DNA of 64,000 nucleotides. It comes from Phytobacter massiliensis JC163 (GTDB taxonomy: Bacteria; Pseudomonadota; Gammaproteobacteria; Enterobacterales; Enterobacteriaceae). Numbering within the stretch: position 1 is the stretch's first letter; each line of letters opens with the position of its first letter. The DNA lies in contig NZ_HE578947.1 in NCBI RefSeq assembly GCF_000321045.1, positions 3,150 to 67,149 on the forward strand, in the 5' to 3' direction. Shown here piece after piece: positions 1-13,345 of the stretch. The position numbers and the translations under genes were made by a program. The notes beneath the pieces were generated by a model. That model saw nothing but the letters and a program-made list of their open reading frames with translations. It was not told where the DNA came from and made no database searches.

Positions 1-294
1 GGCTGCGTACCGATTTACGGCCTGATGGAGGATGCGGCGACGGCAGAAATTTCCCGCACCTCCATCTGGCAGTGGATCCACCACGAAAAGACCCTGAGCA
101 ACGGCAAGCCGGTGACCAAAGCGCTGTTCCGCCAGATGCTGGCAGAAGAGATGCGGGTGATTCAGGACGAGCTGGGCGAGCACCGCTACAGCAGCGGTCG
201 TTTCGATGACGCCGCGCGCCTGATGGAGCAAATCACCACCTCTGACGAACTGATCGACTTCCTGACTCTGCCAGGCTATCGCCTGCTGGCGTAA
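1..294 (+). CDS. aceB: malate synthase A, C-terminal fragment (5' end lies outside the window)
   Basis: ORF 25..294 ends in ...[12 protein letters not shown], typical of the AceB C-terminus. It lies immediately upstream of aceA as in the E. coli glyoxylate operon. Confidence 0.8.
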   Translation, partial: GCVPIYGLMEDAATAEISRTSIWQWIHHEKTLSNGKPVTKALFRQMLAEEMRVIQDELGEHRYSSGRFDDAARLMEQITTSDELIDFLTLPGYRLLA

Positions 295-325
295 TCCACC
301 ACATAACAATATGGAGCATCTGCAC

Positions 326-1630
326 ATGAAAACCCGTACCCAACAAATCGAAGAATTACAAAAAGAGTGGACCCAACCGCGCTGGGAAGGCATTCGTCGT
401 CCCTATAGCGCGGAGGAAGTGGTGAAATTACGCGGCTCGGTGAATCCGGAATGCACGCTGGCGCAGCTGGGCGCGGCGAAAATGTGGCGTCTGCTGCATG
501 GCGAATCCAAAAAAGGCTACATCAACAGCCTTGGCGCGCTGACGGGTGGCCAGGCGCTGCAACAGGCGAAAGCCGGTATCGAAGCGGTCTATCTGTCAGG
601 CTGGCAGGTGGCGGCGGACGCTAACCTGGCCTCCAGCATGTATCCGGATCAATCGCTTTACCCGGCAAACTCCGTCCCGGCGGTAGTGGATCGGATCAAC
701 AATACGTTTCGTCGCGCGGATCAGATCCAGTGGTCCAGCGGCATTGAGCCAAACGATCCGCGCTATGTGGACTACTTTTTGCCGATCGTCGCCGATGCGG
801 AAGCGGGCTTCGGCGGCGTGTTAAATGCCTTTGAACTGATGAAATCGATGATCGAAGCCGGTGCAGCGGCGGTTCATTTCGAAGATCAACTGGCCTCGGT
901 GAAGAAATGCGGCCACATGGGCGGCAAAGTGCTGGTCCCTACACAGGAAGCGATTCAGAAACTGGTGGCGGCCCGTCTGGCGGCTGATGTGATGGGCGTG
1001 CCGACGCTGGTGATTGCCCGTACTGACGCCGACGCGGCGGATCTGATCACCTCCGACTGTGACCCCTACGACAGCGAGTTTATTACCGGCGAGCGCACCA
1101 GCGAAGGGTTTTACCGTACCCGTGCAGGCATTGAGCAGGCCATCAGCCGTGGTCTGGCCTACGCCCCGTATGCCGATCTGGTGTGGTGCGAAACCTCAAC
1201 GCCTGATCTGGCGCTGGCGAAGCGCTTTGCCGATGCCATCCACGCAAAATATCCGGGCAAACTGCTGGCCTACAACTGTTCGCCGTCGTTTAACTGGCAG
1301 AAAAATCTGGACGACAGCACCATCGCCAGCTTCCAGCAGCAGCTGGCGGATATGGGCTACAAATACCAGTTCATTACCCTGGCGGGCATTCACAGCATGT
1401 GGTTCAACATGTTCGACCTGGCGCACGCCTACGCGCAGGGCGAGGGGATGAAGCACTATGTCGAGAAGGTGCAGCAGCCAGAGTTTGCCGCCGGAAAAGA
1501 GGACTATACCTTCGTTTCCCACCAGCAGGAAGTGGGCACCGGTTACTTCGACAAAGTCACCACCATCATTCAGGGCGGCGCCTCTTCGGTAACCGCACTG
1601 ACCGGTTCGACGGAAGAGTCGCAGTTCTGA
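326..1630 (+). CDS. aceA: isocitrate lyase
   Basis: The translation [38 protein letters not shown]... is near-identical to E. coli AceA over the full length. The true start is MKTRT at 326, 15 nt inside the track ORF 311..1630. Confidence 0.95.
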   Translation: MKTRTQQIEELQKEWTQPRWEGIRRPYSAEEVVKLRGSVNPECTLAQLGAAKMWRLLHGESKKGYINSLGALTGGQALQQAKAGIEAVYLSGWQVAADANLASSMYPDQSLYPANSVPAVVDRINNTFRRADQIQWSSGIEPNDPRYVDYFLPIVADAEAGFGGVLNAFELMKSMIEAGAAAVHFEDQLASVKKCGHMGGKVLVPTQEAIQKLVAARLAADVMGVPTLVIARTDADAADLITSDCDPYDSEFITGERTSEGFYRTRAGIEQAISRGLAYAPYADLVWCETSTPDLALAKRFADAIHAKYPGKLLAYNCSPSFNWQKNLDDSTIASFQQQLADMGYKYQFITLAGIHSMWFNMFDLAHAYAQGEGMKHYVEKVQQPEFAAGKEDYTFVSHQQEVGTGYFDKVTTIIQGGASSVTALTGSTEESQF

Positions 1631-1669
1631 TAATCGTTGGCCCCCTCTGCCCGGAGCGGGGCAACGTAA

Positions 1670-3454
<1,785 letters not shown>

Positions 3455-3591
3455 TCATCGTTTTATCTGCGATTTAATATCAAGCCAGAGCACATACGAA
3501 GCTTACTGAAAGTTTTACTGGCGATAAGAGGAGCGCATTTCTAATATGTCCATATTAGACATTAAAGCCATTTTAGACGGAAGGAGGACGC

Positions 3592-3843
3592 ATGCATGTC
3601 ATTCCTGCGCAGCAAGCGAAGAATCAATTCGGAGATTTGCTGATGAAAGTCCAGCGTGAACCAGTAGAAATCAGCAAGCACGGGAAGCGTGTGGCGGTCG
3701 TGATTTCACCTGAAGAATACGATCATTTTACGCAGTTAAAGTTACAGCAGCTTAAAGCCGTTCTGGCTGAATCAATGGCTCAGGCCGACAGCGGCGATCT
3801 GCATAATATTGATGATGTCTTCGGCCCGCTGACGGAAAAGTAG
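3592..3843 (+). CDS. type II antitoxin, Phd/YefM family
   Basis: 83-aa protein with the Phd/YefM N-terminal pattern (M..IPAQQAKNQFGDLL...HGKRVAVVISPEEY). It sits directly upstream of a ParE-like toxin. Confidence 0.7.
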   Translation: MHVIPAQQAKNQFGDLLMKVQREPVEISKHGKRVAVVISPEEYDHFTQLKLQQLKAVLAESMAQADSGDLHNIDDVFGPLTEK

Positions 3844-3863
3844 TGGTCCAGGAAGGCTAAAGG

Positions 3864-4172
3864 ATGAGCGTCAGATTTACGAGCAAAGCGAAAGAGCATA
3901 TTCGCGCCATCAGGGTTTATTCCGTGCATCAGTGGGGCAAGGACGTCGCAGAGGCTTATGCCGGTGTGTTACGCGCCACAATCATGGAGCTTCTTAATCA
4001 CCATCCCTCTCCAGGCCGCGATCGCAGCGATGATCTGTTTCCGGGGATACGGAGCTTTCCTGTAGAACGACATGTTATCTATTACCGCGAAGCGGCTGAT
4101 GGCATTATCGTTCTGGCTGTACTACATGAAAAACAGGATCCTCACATCCACCTGTCACCGTCAAAAATTTAG
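3864..4172 (+). CDS. type II toxin, ParE/RelE family
   Basis: 102-aa protein with the C-terminal ParE/RelE signature (...RHVIYYREAADGIIVLAVLHEKQD). It is 21 nt downstream of the antitoxin gene. Confidence 0.7.
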   Translation: MSVRFTSKAKEHIRAIRVYSVHQWGKDVAEAYAGVLRATIMELLNHHPSPGRDRSDDLFPGIRSFPVERHVIYYREAADGIIVLAVLHEKQDPHIHLSPSKI

Positions 4173-4188
4173 CCTGCAGCAGCCTGGC

Positions 4189-4602
4189 TCAGGCCGTTAC
4201 AATAACGGCAAATTCCTCATACACAAGTTCCATATCTGGCGCCCAGCTGCCTTCGCGTTCAAAGAAGGCCCGATGCGCCGCTTGCCAGTAAGCGAGGCTG
4301 AGGTCGCCTTCGCCTTCCTGCGCGGCAAGTTCGCCGGTCATCTCATCAAAACGCACCAGCCTTAGCGCAACGGTGCGAATCACGCATACCGCTTTGCCTT
4401 TGCCGTCCAGCACAATGTGATAGGCCCCCGGCGTCACGGGCGGCTGCTCTTGCTGATAGCTGGCAAGCGAGCCGCAGGTGCCGCGCTTTTTGCCGGTGAC
4501 AACCAGGGCCGCCAGTTCGTCAGCCAGCTCTGGCGAATCGCCAAATGACCAGCAAAATGCAGAGGGGTATTTGTCCTGCCAGTATGCTTTCAGATCGCTC
4601 AT
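4189..4602 (-). CDS. ASCH/PUA-like domain protein
   Basis: 137-aa protein that I assign to the ASCH/PUA-like fold by overall resemblance only. Its start abuts the iclR stop (4602/4603). Confidence 0.5.
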   Translation of the reverse strand: MSDLKAYWQDKYPSAFCWSFGDSPELADELAALVVTGKKRGTCGSLASYQQEQPPVTPGAYHIVLDGKGKAVCVIRTVALRLVRFDEMTGELAAQEGEGDLSLAYWQAAHRAFFEREGSWAPDMELVYEEFAVIVTA

Positions 4603-5430
4603 TTATCGTATCCCGCCGTACGCCAGCGTCACTTCCTTCGCCGCCTTGATCACCATCGCGCCAAACTCGGTCACGCGGTCATCGGTGATGCGAGAAATCG
4701 GCCCGGAAATAGAAATCGCAGCGAACGGTTCGCGATGCTCATCATAAATGCACGCCGCCACGCAGCGCAGGCCGAGCGCGTGCTCTTCATCGTCAAACGA
4801 ATAGCCGCGTTTGCGCGTCTGGGCGAGATCGTCTTTCAGATGTACCGGCGACACCAGCGTGGCGTGGGTATACGCGTGCAGCCCTTTGCGGTGTAGCAGG
4901 CCGGTGACCTGCTCTTCGCTTAGCTGCGACAGAAAGGCTTTACCCGCCCCGGAGGCGTGCATCGGCAATTTTCCGCCGATAGGCGCAGACATGCGCATCA
5001 GCTGGGTACACTGCACCTGGTCGATAATTATCGCCTGGTGGTCGCTCTGGTCCAGCACCGCCAGATTGACCGTTTCACCCGAATCCTCCATCAGCTTGCG
5101 CAGAATCGGGTGGACGATCGCCAGCAGGTTACGGCTTTGTAGAAAGCTGCTGCCGACGATAAACGCGTGCGCGCCCACCGCCCAGTGGCCCAGTTCCCCT
5201 ACCTGACGCACAAAACCCTGCTGCTGCATCGTTGTAAGCAAGCGGTGAGTGGTAGAGTTAGGCAGGCCCGCCTGCTGCGCCAGTTCAGTGAGCGGCACGC
5301 TACCGTGAGATTCAGCAATAAATTCCAGCAGTTTCAGGCCGCGCGTCAGTGACTGCACCTGTCCGGTAGTCTGAGTGGCTGCGGCGGCAGACGGTTTTCT
5401 GCCACGCTTAGCGGGAACGGTAGCGACCAT
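4603..5430 (-). CDS. iclR: glyoxylate-bypass operon repressor IclR
   Basis: The 275-aa translation MVATVPAKRGRKPSAAAATQTTGQVQSLTRGLKLLEFIAES... is collinear with E. coli IclR. Confidence 0.95.
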   Translation of the reverse strand: MVATVPAKRGRKPSAAAATQTTGQVQSLTRGLKLLEFIAESHGSVPLTELAQQAGLPNSTTHRLLTTMQQQGFVRQVGELGHWAVGAHAFIVGSSFLQSRNLLAIVHPILRKLMEDSGETVNLAVLDQSDHQAIIIDQVQCTQLMRMSAPIGGKLPMHASGAGKAFLSQLSEEQVTGLLHRKGLHAYTHATLVSPVHLKDDLAQTRKRGYSFDDEEHALGLRCVAACIYDEHREPFAAISISGPISRITDDRVTEFGAMVIKAAKEVTLAYGGIR

Positions 5431-5610
5431 AAACGGCTCCTTTTCTGTATCGTGGAAATCATTTTCGTTTTATCTGATTATAATGCAAGCATTCACATAC
5501 TGATCCGATGAGTGAAGCTGAACTTGTCTCATGTTGCCCGCTGTTCTCTTTTCCACCAGCACGCTTTGTGCCACTATGGCTCGTTACGTTGAGCGTTGTC
5601 GGGAGCAAGT

Positions 5611-8600
5611 GTGAGCAGCAAAGTTGAACAACTGCGTGGGCAGTTAAATGAACGTATTCTGGTGCTGGACGGCGGTATGGGCACCATGATTCAGAGCTAT
5701 CGTCTGGGTGAAGCCGATTTTCGCGGCGACCGCTTTGCCGACTGGCCTTGTGACCTGAAGGGCAACAACGACCTGCTTGTGCTCAGCAAGCCGGAGGTCA
5801 TCAGCGCTATTCACAACGCCTACTTTGAGGCGGGCGCGGATATCATCGAAACCAACACCTTCAACTCGACGACCATTGCGATGGCGGATTACCAGATGGA
5901 ATCGCTGTCGGCGGAGATCAACTTTGCCGCGGCGAAGCTGGCCCGCGCCTGCGCCGATGAGTGGACCGCGCGCACGCCGGAAAAACCGCGCTATGTGGCG
6001 GGGGTGCTTGGCCCGACCAACCGCACGGCCTCCATCTCGCCGGACGTGAACGACCCGGCGTTCCGCAATATCACCTTCGATCAGCTGGTGGCAGCCTACC
6101 GCGAATCCACCAAAGCGCTGGTGGAAGGGGGCGCGGACCTGATCCTGATCGAGACGGTATTCGATACGCTGAACGCCAAAGCGGCGGTATTTGCCGTCAA
6201 AGCAGAACTTGAGGCGCTGGGCGTAGCGTTGCCGATCATGATTTCTGGCACCATCACCGACGCCTCCGGGCGTACGCTCTCCGGCCAGACCACCGAAGCG
6301 TTTTACAACTCGCTGCGCCACGCCGAAGCGCTCACCTTTGGGCTTAACTGCGCGCTGGGGCCGGATGAACTGCGCCAGTACGTGCAGGAGCTGTCGCGCA
6401 TTGCCGAATGTTACGTCACCGCCCACCCGAACGCCGGGCTACCCAACGCCTTTGGCGAGTACGATCTCGACGCTGACACCATGGCAGGTCAGATCCGCGA
6501 ATGGGCGGAAGCGGGCTTCCTGAATATCGTTGGCGGCTGCTGCGGCACCACGCCGGAACATATCGCCGCCATGAGCCGCGCGGTCGCAGGCCTGCCGCCG
6601 CGCAAGCTGCCGGAAATCCCCGTCGCCTGCCGCCTTTCCGGCCTGGAGCCGCTGAACATCGGCGACGACAGCCTGTTCGTCAACGTCGGCGAGCGCACCA
6701 ACGTGACCGGCTCGGCGAAATTTAAGCGGCTGATTAAAGAAGAAAAATACAGCGAGGCGCTGGATGTTGCCCGCCAGCAGGTGGAAAGCGGCGCGCAGAT
6801 TATCGATATCAACATGGACGAAGGGATGCTCGACGCCGAAGCGGCGATGGTGCGTTTCCTCAACCTGATCGCCGGGGAGCCGGATATCGCCCGCGTGCCG
6901 ATCATGATTGACTCCTCGAAGTGGGAGGTCATCGAAAAAGGGCTGAAGTGCATTCAGGGCAAAGGCATCGTCAACTCCATCTCAATGAAAGAGGGGGTTG
7001 AAGCCTTTATCCATCACGCGAAGCTGCTGCGTCGTTACGGCGCGGCGGTGGTGGTAATGGCGTTCGATGAGCAGGGCCAGGCCGACACCCGGGCGCGTAA
7101 AATCGAGATTTGTCGCCGCGCCTATAAAATTCTCACCGAAGAGGTGGGCTTCCCGCCGGAAGACATCATTTTTGACCCGAATATCTTCGCCGTGGCGACG
7201 GGTATTGAAGAGCACAACAACTACGCCCAGGACTTTATCGGCGCCTGCGAAGACATCAAACGCGAGCTGCCGCACGCGCTGATCTCCGGCGGCGTCTCTA
7301 ACGTGTCGTTCTCGTTTCGCGGCAACGATCCGGTGCGCGAGGCCATCCACGCGGTATTCCTCTACTACGCCATCCGCAACGGGATGGACATGGGCATCGT
7401 CAACGCCGGACAGCTGGCGATTTACGACGATCTGCCGACGGAGCTGCGTGATGCGGTTGAAGATGTGATCCTCAACCGCCGCGACGACGGCACCGAGCGG
7501 CTACTGGAGCTGGCGGAGAAATATCGCGGCAGCAAGGCCGATGATTCCGCCAACGCCCAGCAGGCGGAGTGGCGCAGCTGGGAAGTGAAAAAGCGCCTCG
7601 AATATTCGCTGGTAAAAGGCATCACCGAATTTATTGAACAGGATACCGAAGAGGCCCGTCAGCAGGCCGCCCGACCGATTGAGGTGATTGAAGGGCCGCT
7701 GATGGACGGCATGAACGTGGTCGGAGACCTGTTCGGCGAAGGCAAAATGTTCCTGCCGCAGGTGGTGAAATCCGCCCGCGTAATGAAGCAGGCGGTGGCG
7801 TATCTGGAGCCGTTTATCGAAGCCAGTAAGAAAAAGGTTCGAGCAACGGCAAGATGGTGATCGCCACGGTGAAGGGCGACGTGCATGACATTGGCAAAAA
7901 CATCGTCGGCGTGGTGTTGCAGTGCAATAACTATGAAATCGTCGATCTCGGCGTAATGGTGCCAGCAGAGAAAATCCTGAAAACCGCGAAAGAGGTCAAT
8001 GCCGATCTGATCGGCCTTTCCGGCCTGATCACCCCGTCGCTGGACGAAATGGTTAACGTGGCGAAAGAGATGGAGCGCCAGGGCTTTACCATTCCGCTGC
8101 TGATTGGCGGCGCGACCACCTCGAAAGCGCACACGGCGGTGAAGATCGAGCAGAACTACAGCGGCCCGACGGTGTACGTGCAGAACGCCTCGCGCACGGT
8201 GGGCGTGGTGGCGGCGCTGCTGTCGGACACCCAGCGCGATGACTTTGTCGCCCGCACCCGCAAAGAGTATGAAACGGTGCGTATTCAGCACGGACGTAAA
8301 AAACCGCGCACGCCGCCGGTGAGTCTGGAAGCGGCGCGCGATAACGATCTGGCCTTCGACTGGGCAAGCTATACGCCGCCAGTGGCGCATCGTCTGGGCG
8401 TACAGGAGGTGGAAGCGAGCATTGAAACGCTGCGTAACTACATCGACTGGACGCCGTTCTTTATGACCTGGTCGCTGGCGGGGAAATATCCGCGCATCCT
8501 GGAGGATGAGGTGGTGGGCGAGGAGGCGAAGCGCCTGTTCAAAGATGCCAACGACATGCTGGATAAACTGAGCGCGGAGAAAACTCTCAACCCCCGCGGT

Positions 8601-9293
8601 GTGGTCGGTCTGTTCCCGGCAAACCGCATCGGCGACGACATCGAAATCTACCGCGATGAAACCCGCACCCATGTGCTGGCGGTCAGCCATCATCTGCGCC
8701 AGCAGACCGAAAAAGTCGGCTTCGCCAACTACTGCCTGGCCGATTTTGTCGCGCCGAAGCTCTCCGGTAAAGCCGACTATATCGGTGCCTTCGCGGTGAC
8801 CGGCGGGCTGGAAGAGGACGCGCTGGCCGAGGCATTTGACGCACAGCATGATGACTACAACAAAATCATGGTGAAAGCGATTGCCGACCGTCTGGCGGAA
8901 GCGTTCGCGGAATATCTGCATGAGCGGGTGCGCAAAGTGCACTGGGGCTATGCGGCTAACGAGAATCTCAGTAATGAGGAACTGATCCGCGAAAACTACC
9001 AGGGCATTCGTCCTGCGCCGGGCTATCCGGCCTGCCCGGAACATACCGAGAAGGGAACCATCTGGCAGCTGCTGGATGTTGAAAAGCACACCGGCATGAA
9101 GCTTACCGAATCCTTCGCCATGTGGCCGGGCGCGTCGGTGTCGGGCTGGTATTTCAGCCACCCGGACAGCAAGTATTTCGCGGTGGCGCAGATTCAGCGT
9201 GACCAGGTTGAAGATTATGCCTTCCGTAAAGGCATGAGCGTAGCGGAAGTAGAACGCTGGCTGGCAGCTAACCTGGGGTATGACGCGGATTAA
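5611..9293 (+). pseudogene. metH: B12-dependent methionine synthase MetH; reading frame broken near 7828-7840, so it appears as two ORFs (track 5596..7860 and 7854..9293)
   Basis: Both ORFs are collinear with E. coli MetH (MSSKVEQL... through ...EASK, then [16 protein letters not shown]... through ...NLGYDAD). At agtaagaaaaaggttcgagcaacggcaagatggtg the text is one nt short of what keeps ...EASKE(K)G..NGKMVIAT in frame. The sequence is otherwise full length. Confidence 0.85.
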
Positions 9294-9310
9294 GCCTCCC
9301 GACTGAATAA

Positions 9311-9342
9311 AAACGGCCTGTTAATCCAGGCCGTTTTTATAT
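9311..9342 (+). terminator. rho-independent terminator after metH
   Basis: aaacggcctgttaatccaggccgttttt is a GC stem followed by a T-run. Confidence 0.7.
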
Positions 9343-9979
9343 TGCTCTGGAGTATGCGCAACGCATTTGGTAAGCCGGAGCGTTTGTATATTCTTTCTCT
9401 ACTCTTTTTCATAAAGGGGAAAGGAAAAGAGGAGCCTTGTAAAGGCGCGCGCCGCATCCGGATAATGGCCGTTATTCCCACCAGCAGCCTCTCTCTTTAT
9501 TTGATGCTTTGTAATATTAGCATGACGTTTTTGACCTTTATATTTATAGGGTTATTCTTTATCGCTGTCTTCTAAAAAAAGCGCGCTTCAACAATTTGTA
9601 TATAGTAGGCGAATTACTTTGTGAAACTGTTGTTGAACTATTTTTATAAATTACTTTTCAATTAATGCCAGTAAAGCTGTAGCAGAAATAAAATAAATTT
9701 TTAACAAATATTTTACGCAAAAAACGGAAAATTAAAAGCAGTTTTTAATCAGGGTGTTACGTTTTTCGGTGTTTCATTTCTGTTATCGATATTTTTCATT
9801 TAAGATCGTTTAAGAACCCTTAAAACTATTTGATCTTATTTAAAATGACAATTCCCAATGCCGCTTGCAATAATTCAGTCAACAGAAACACCCTTTGTTT
9901 TTGTTGTGAATGAATCATGCTTTTTAAATGATGACTCCAATTTATTGGAGTATCTATATATGCGAAAAAGGAATCTATC

Positions 9980-10561
9980 ATGCATAGCAAAATGGTAGTA
10001 AATAAAAGTTTGTTAGCCGCGTCGTTATGTATGACGCTGTTCAGTTTAGATGCGGCAGCAGCAGATGGCACCATTAACTTCACCGGCAATGTCACCACAA
10101 GTGCATGTACCACCATTGTAGGAGCAGGCCCCACCGGGGGCGCAATGAGTAACCCTGCAACGGTTGCGCTGCCAAACGTGACGGATACAACGCTGAATGC
10201 TGCCGTCGGGACTTACGCGGGCCATACGCCGTTCTCTATTTCCCTTACCGGCTGTGAAGCTACCGCTGCGTTACAGAACGTCCGTGCGATTTTCACAACG
10301 CCTTCACCGGCGTCGGGGGATAACTTCGTGATGGGTAACACCGCCGCAGGAGGTGCGCAAAACGTTGCTGTCGCGATTCTCAGTTCTGGTGGATCTCAGA
10401 TTGACCTTAACGGGGGCCCGAACACGGATACGGGGCTGGCTCTGCCAGCATCATCAGGTCCTGTGACGTTAAACTATCAGGCTGCCTATAAGTCGCTGAC
10501 CACGGGCGTGACGGCGGGGGCGGTCGCCGGTACTGCGGAATATATCATTTCCTATTTCTGA
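9980..10561 (+). CDS. fimbrial major subunit (type 1 / FimA-like pilin)
   Basis: 193-aa protein with a signal peptide, a conserved Cys pair, and the C-terminal ...YIISYF donor-strand motif. An AT-rich region lies upstream. Confidence 0.8.
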   Translation: MHSKMVVNKSLLAASLCMTLFSLDAAAADGTINFTGNVTTSACTTIVGAGPTGGAMSNPATVALPNVTDTTLNAAVGTYAGHTPFSISLTGCEATAALQNVRAIFTTPSPASGDNFVMGNTAAGGAQNVAVAILSSGGSQIDLNGGPNTDTGLALPASSGPVTLNYQAAYKSLTTGVTAGAVAGTAEYIISYF

Positions 10562-10704
10562 TACGCGTTACTGTTTCCGCGAATATTTTGTCTGCACGGT
10601 AGCTTTCACCAACGCAGACAAATATTCGCCTGACGATAAACAGCGCTCAACACTGCGCTGTTTATCGCAATATTTATTTTTACTTGTAAATAGAGGCTTT
10701 ATTC

Positions 10705-13308
10705 ATGCCGGTATTACTGTCGCTATCTGGCCATTTTATTCCGGGCAAAGCGGACGGAATAAAAGCTATGGTTGCAGGCTTTATTTGCTGCGGCCTGATA
10801 GCCGGTAAATCATCCGCTGAATCCCATTTCGAAGAGGCTTATCTGCACCGGGATAAAAACGGCGCATCGCCGGATGTTTTTATCTATAAAGATGCGTTGA
10901 CCCCGGGCATTAAGAACATTGAGATCATCGTGAATGAGCATCTGGCCGGAAAAAACGACGTGGATTTCGTGAGTACAGGCAATAATGAAGCTTCGCCGTG
11001 TCTGAGTGCCGCCATGCTTAAGATGCTGGGTATAAAAACCGAGCTCTATGAAAACGATGCGTCGGAGAATACCGCGCAGTGTTACGACCTGAAAAAGCAG
11101 ATTCCCTCCTCAGAACTGTATTACAAAAGCAGCCAGCAGCGATTGTATATTACGGTCCCCCAGGAGGCTGTAGATAAACAACATTTCACCATGATTTCCC
11201 CTGAGGAGTGGGATCACGGCGTGCCCAGCCTGCGTACCAGCTACAACGGCTACTACTATTCTTCGCGCATCAAAACCGGCCACAGTACGGATGGGCAGGA
11301 CTCGTCCGGCAGGGACACCTACAGCAGCGCCTATATGAACTTTAACACGGTGGGCTCGTTGGGCGCCTGGCGTCTGTACAGTATCGATTCCTTCTATAAA
11401 AGCAACCAGCGCGGCTGGGAGTCAGAACACGATCGCAGCTATTTGGCCCGGGATATTGCCGCGCTACGCAGCCAGCTACAGGTCGGGGAGATCTACACGC
11501 GCGGGTCAGGGTATATGTCAGGCTCCGTCCCACTGCACGGCGTTTCGCTGGCAACCAATGAGAAAATATCACTGGATAATCAGTTTACTTTTGCGCCAGT
11601 CATCCGCGGGGTGGCGCGCACCAACGCCCGTCTGACCGTGCGCCAGCGGGGGCGAGTGATTTACAGCACCACCCTGACGCCGGGGCCGTTTGCCATTGAT
11701 GACTTGTATAGCGCGCATGTAGGGGCGGACCTTGAAGCCACCGTTGAGGAGTCTGACGGGCAGCGGCAGGTGTTCCGGGTGCCCTATACGGCGTTGCCGG
11801 ACATGATTCGCCCGGGCGCGGTGCGCTACAACGTCTCCGCCGGTCAGTACCGACGTCAGGGCCGGGATATAAAGGCACCGGTGGTGTTATCCGGCGGGCT
11901 GGAGCGCGGTTTTGAACGCTTTACCCTCGGGAGTTCACTGCTGGCATCGGATCGCTACCAGACTTTATCAGCAGGCGCTTCGTGGAATGCCGGGAACATC
12001 GGCGCATTCTCTGCCGAGATCGCGCACGCCCGTTATCGTAACCCTGAAAACGATCACCACACCCGCGATGGCTCCGCGGTGCGTGTCCAGTACGCCCGAC
12101 ATTTTGAGGCGTCAGACACCTCGCTACAGATTCTGGGCTACCAGTATCGCTCAGAGGACTTTCTGGAGTTCCAGGAGTTCCTGATGCGTGACAGCTACTC
12201 TCCGCGTCCTGACGATGACGACACATACGCTCGCTATGAGCGGCGCAAGCGTAACCGCGTTGAGATGACCATTAACCAGACCGTGTCGGATATAGGCAGT
12301 CTCTACATGACGGTCAGCCAGGAACGCTATTACGGCACCAGTAAAAAAAGCACCTCTGTTACCGGAGGCATGGGCACAAACATTGGCAGCAGTACGGTCT
12401 CGCTCTCGCTGACGGACTCCCGGGATGATGAGCGTTCAGACCGGCAGGTCAGCCTGTCAGTCAGCATCCCCCTCAGCGCGGGAAGCGACCGCCACCAACA
12501 CCGTAATTACGGCTCACTGAACTATGGCCTGGTGCGTGACCAGGACAACCAGTTCAGTCAGTCGCTGGGCTACTCCGGCAGCGCACTGGATAACACGGTT
12601 ACCTATTCGGCGAACGTACTCCGTGATGTGCAGGGGGAATACAGCCAGTCCGGCACCCTGGGCTATAACGGCAGCATGGCGACGATCAGCGGAGGCCTGA
12701 GCCACAGCAAAAACACCAATCAGATATCGGCAGGGATGAGCGGCGGCGTGACCCTGTACAGCGGCGGCGTAGTGCTGTCGCCGGTGCTGGGCGACACGGT
12801 GGCGATTGTGGATACCACGGGTGCTCAGGGTATTGACGTCACGGGGACGGGCAATGCGAAAACCGACATCTTTGGCCACGCCGTGGTGACCTGGCTGACG
12901 CCGTACCGGTACAACGAGATAAATCTGGATCACTCGGGCGTGGACAACGTGGAACTGAAAGAGACCACGCGCAAAGTGGTGCCGAGCGAAGGCGCGGCAG
13001 TTCTGCTGAAATTTGCCTCGCGGGTCGGGCGGCGCGCGATGGTGGAACTGCACGGCGCCAGCACTATCCCCTTAGGGGCAATGGTGTACGCCGACGAAGA
13101 AAACGAGGCATCGCGCGAGGAAGTCGGCATTGTCGGCAACCGCGGGGTGACCTACCTGAGCGGTCTGGATGCGCGCCACGATGCGCGCCTGCGGGTCGTC
13201 TGGGGAGACGATCCGGGTTCACAGTGCCGGTTCACGCTGCCGGCGGCCACGCCGGAGCAGCTGAAGCCAGACAACTGGCACAAGAAGATTATCGTGAACT
13301 GCCGTTAG
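10705..13308 (+). CDS. fimbrial outer-membrane usher (FimD/PapC family); likely start near 10768
   Basis: 867-aa protein with usher-family length and the C-terminal ...RFTLPAATPEQL...KKIIVNCR. Confidence 0.85.
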   Translation: MPVLLSLSGHFIPGKADGIKAMVAGFICCGLIAGKSSAESHFEEAYLHRDKNGASPDVFIYKDALTPGIKNIEIIVNEHLAGKNDVDFVSTGNNEASPCLSAAMLKMLGIKTELYENDASENTAQCYDLKKQIPSSELYYKSSQQRLYITVPQEAVDKQHFTMISPEEWDHGVPSLRTSYNGYYYSSRIKTGHSTDGQDSSGRDTYSSAYMNFNTVGSLGAWRLYSIDSFYKSNQRGWESEHDRSYLARDIAALRSQLQVGEIYTRGSGYMSGSVPLHGVSLATNEKISLDNQFTFAPVIRGVARTNARLTVRQRGRVIYSTTLTPGPFAIDDLYSAHVGADLEATVEESDGQRQVFRVPYTALPDMIRPGAVRYNVSAGQYRRQGRDIKAPVVLSGGLERGFERFTLGSSLLASDRYQTLSAGASWNAGNIGAFSAEIAHARYRNPENDHHTRDGSAVRVQYARHFEASDTSLQILGYQYRSEDFLEFQEFLMRDSYSPRPDDDDTYARYERRKRNRVEMTINQTVSDIGSLYMTVSQERYYGTSKKSTSVTGGMGTNIGSSTVSLSLTDSRDDERSDRQVSLSVSIPLSAGSDRHQHRNYGSLNYGLVRDQDNQFSQSLGYSGSALDNTVTYSANVLRDVQGEYSQSGTLGYNGSMATISGGLSHSKNTNQISAGMSGGVTLYSGGVVLSPVLGDTVAIVDTTGAQGIDVTGTGNAKTDIFGHAVVTWLTPYRYNEINLDHSGVDNVELKETTRKVVPSEGAAVLLKFASRVGRRAMVELHGASTIPLGAMVYADEENEASREEVGIVGNRGVTYLSGLDARHDARLRVVWGDDPGSQCRFTLPAATPEQLKPDNWHKKIIVNCR

Positions 13309-13345
13309 CGGCAGTCGTAGTTAAACGAAACAGACGGAACAGAAA

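Noticed and set aside
5644-6426. 260-aa antisense ORF within metH, and similar antisense ORFs at 25657-26454, 27127-28017, 33005-33805, 40882-41628, 41879-42700, 43385-44116, 45673-46317, 55501-56547, 56626-57315, 59069-59782 and 62089-62898
   Set aside because: Each lies opposite a well-supported conserved gene and shows the Arg/Gly/His-rich composition of GC-rich antisense frames.
7659-9161. 500-aa ORF antisense to metH
   Set aside because: It lies entirely inside a highly conserved metH coding region. Its product is Arg/Ala/His-rich with no recognisable domain, which is typical of spurious antisense ORFs in GC-rich DNA.
9342-9575. 77-aa ORF in the AT-rich region upstream of the fimbrial operon
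   Set aside because: It has extreme AT bias and a low-complexity hydrophobic product (FIFIGLFFIAVF) and lies within a probable promoter or silencing region, so it is likely non-coding.
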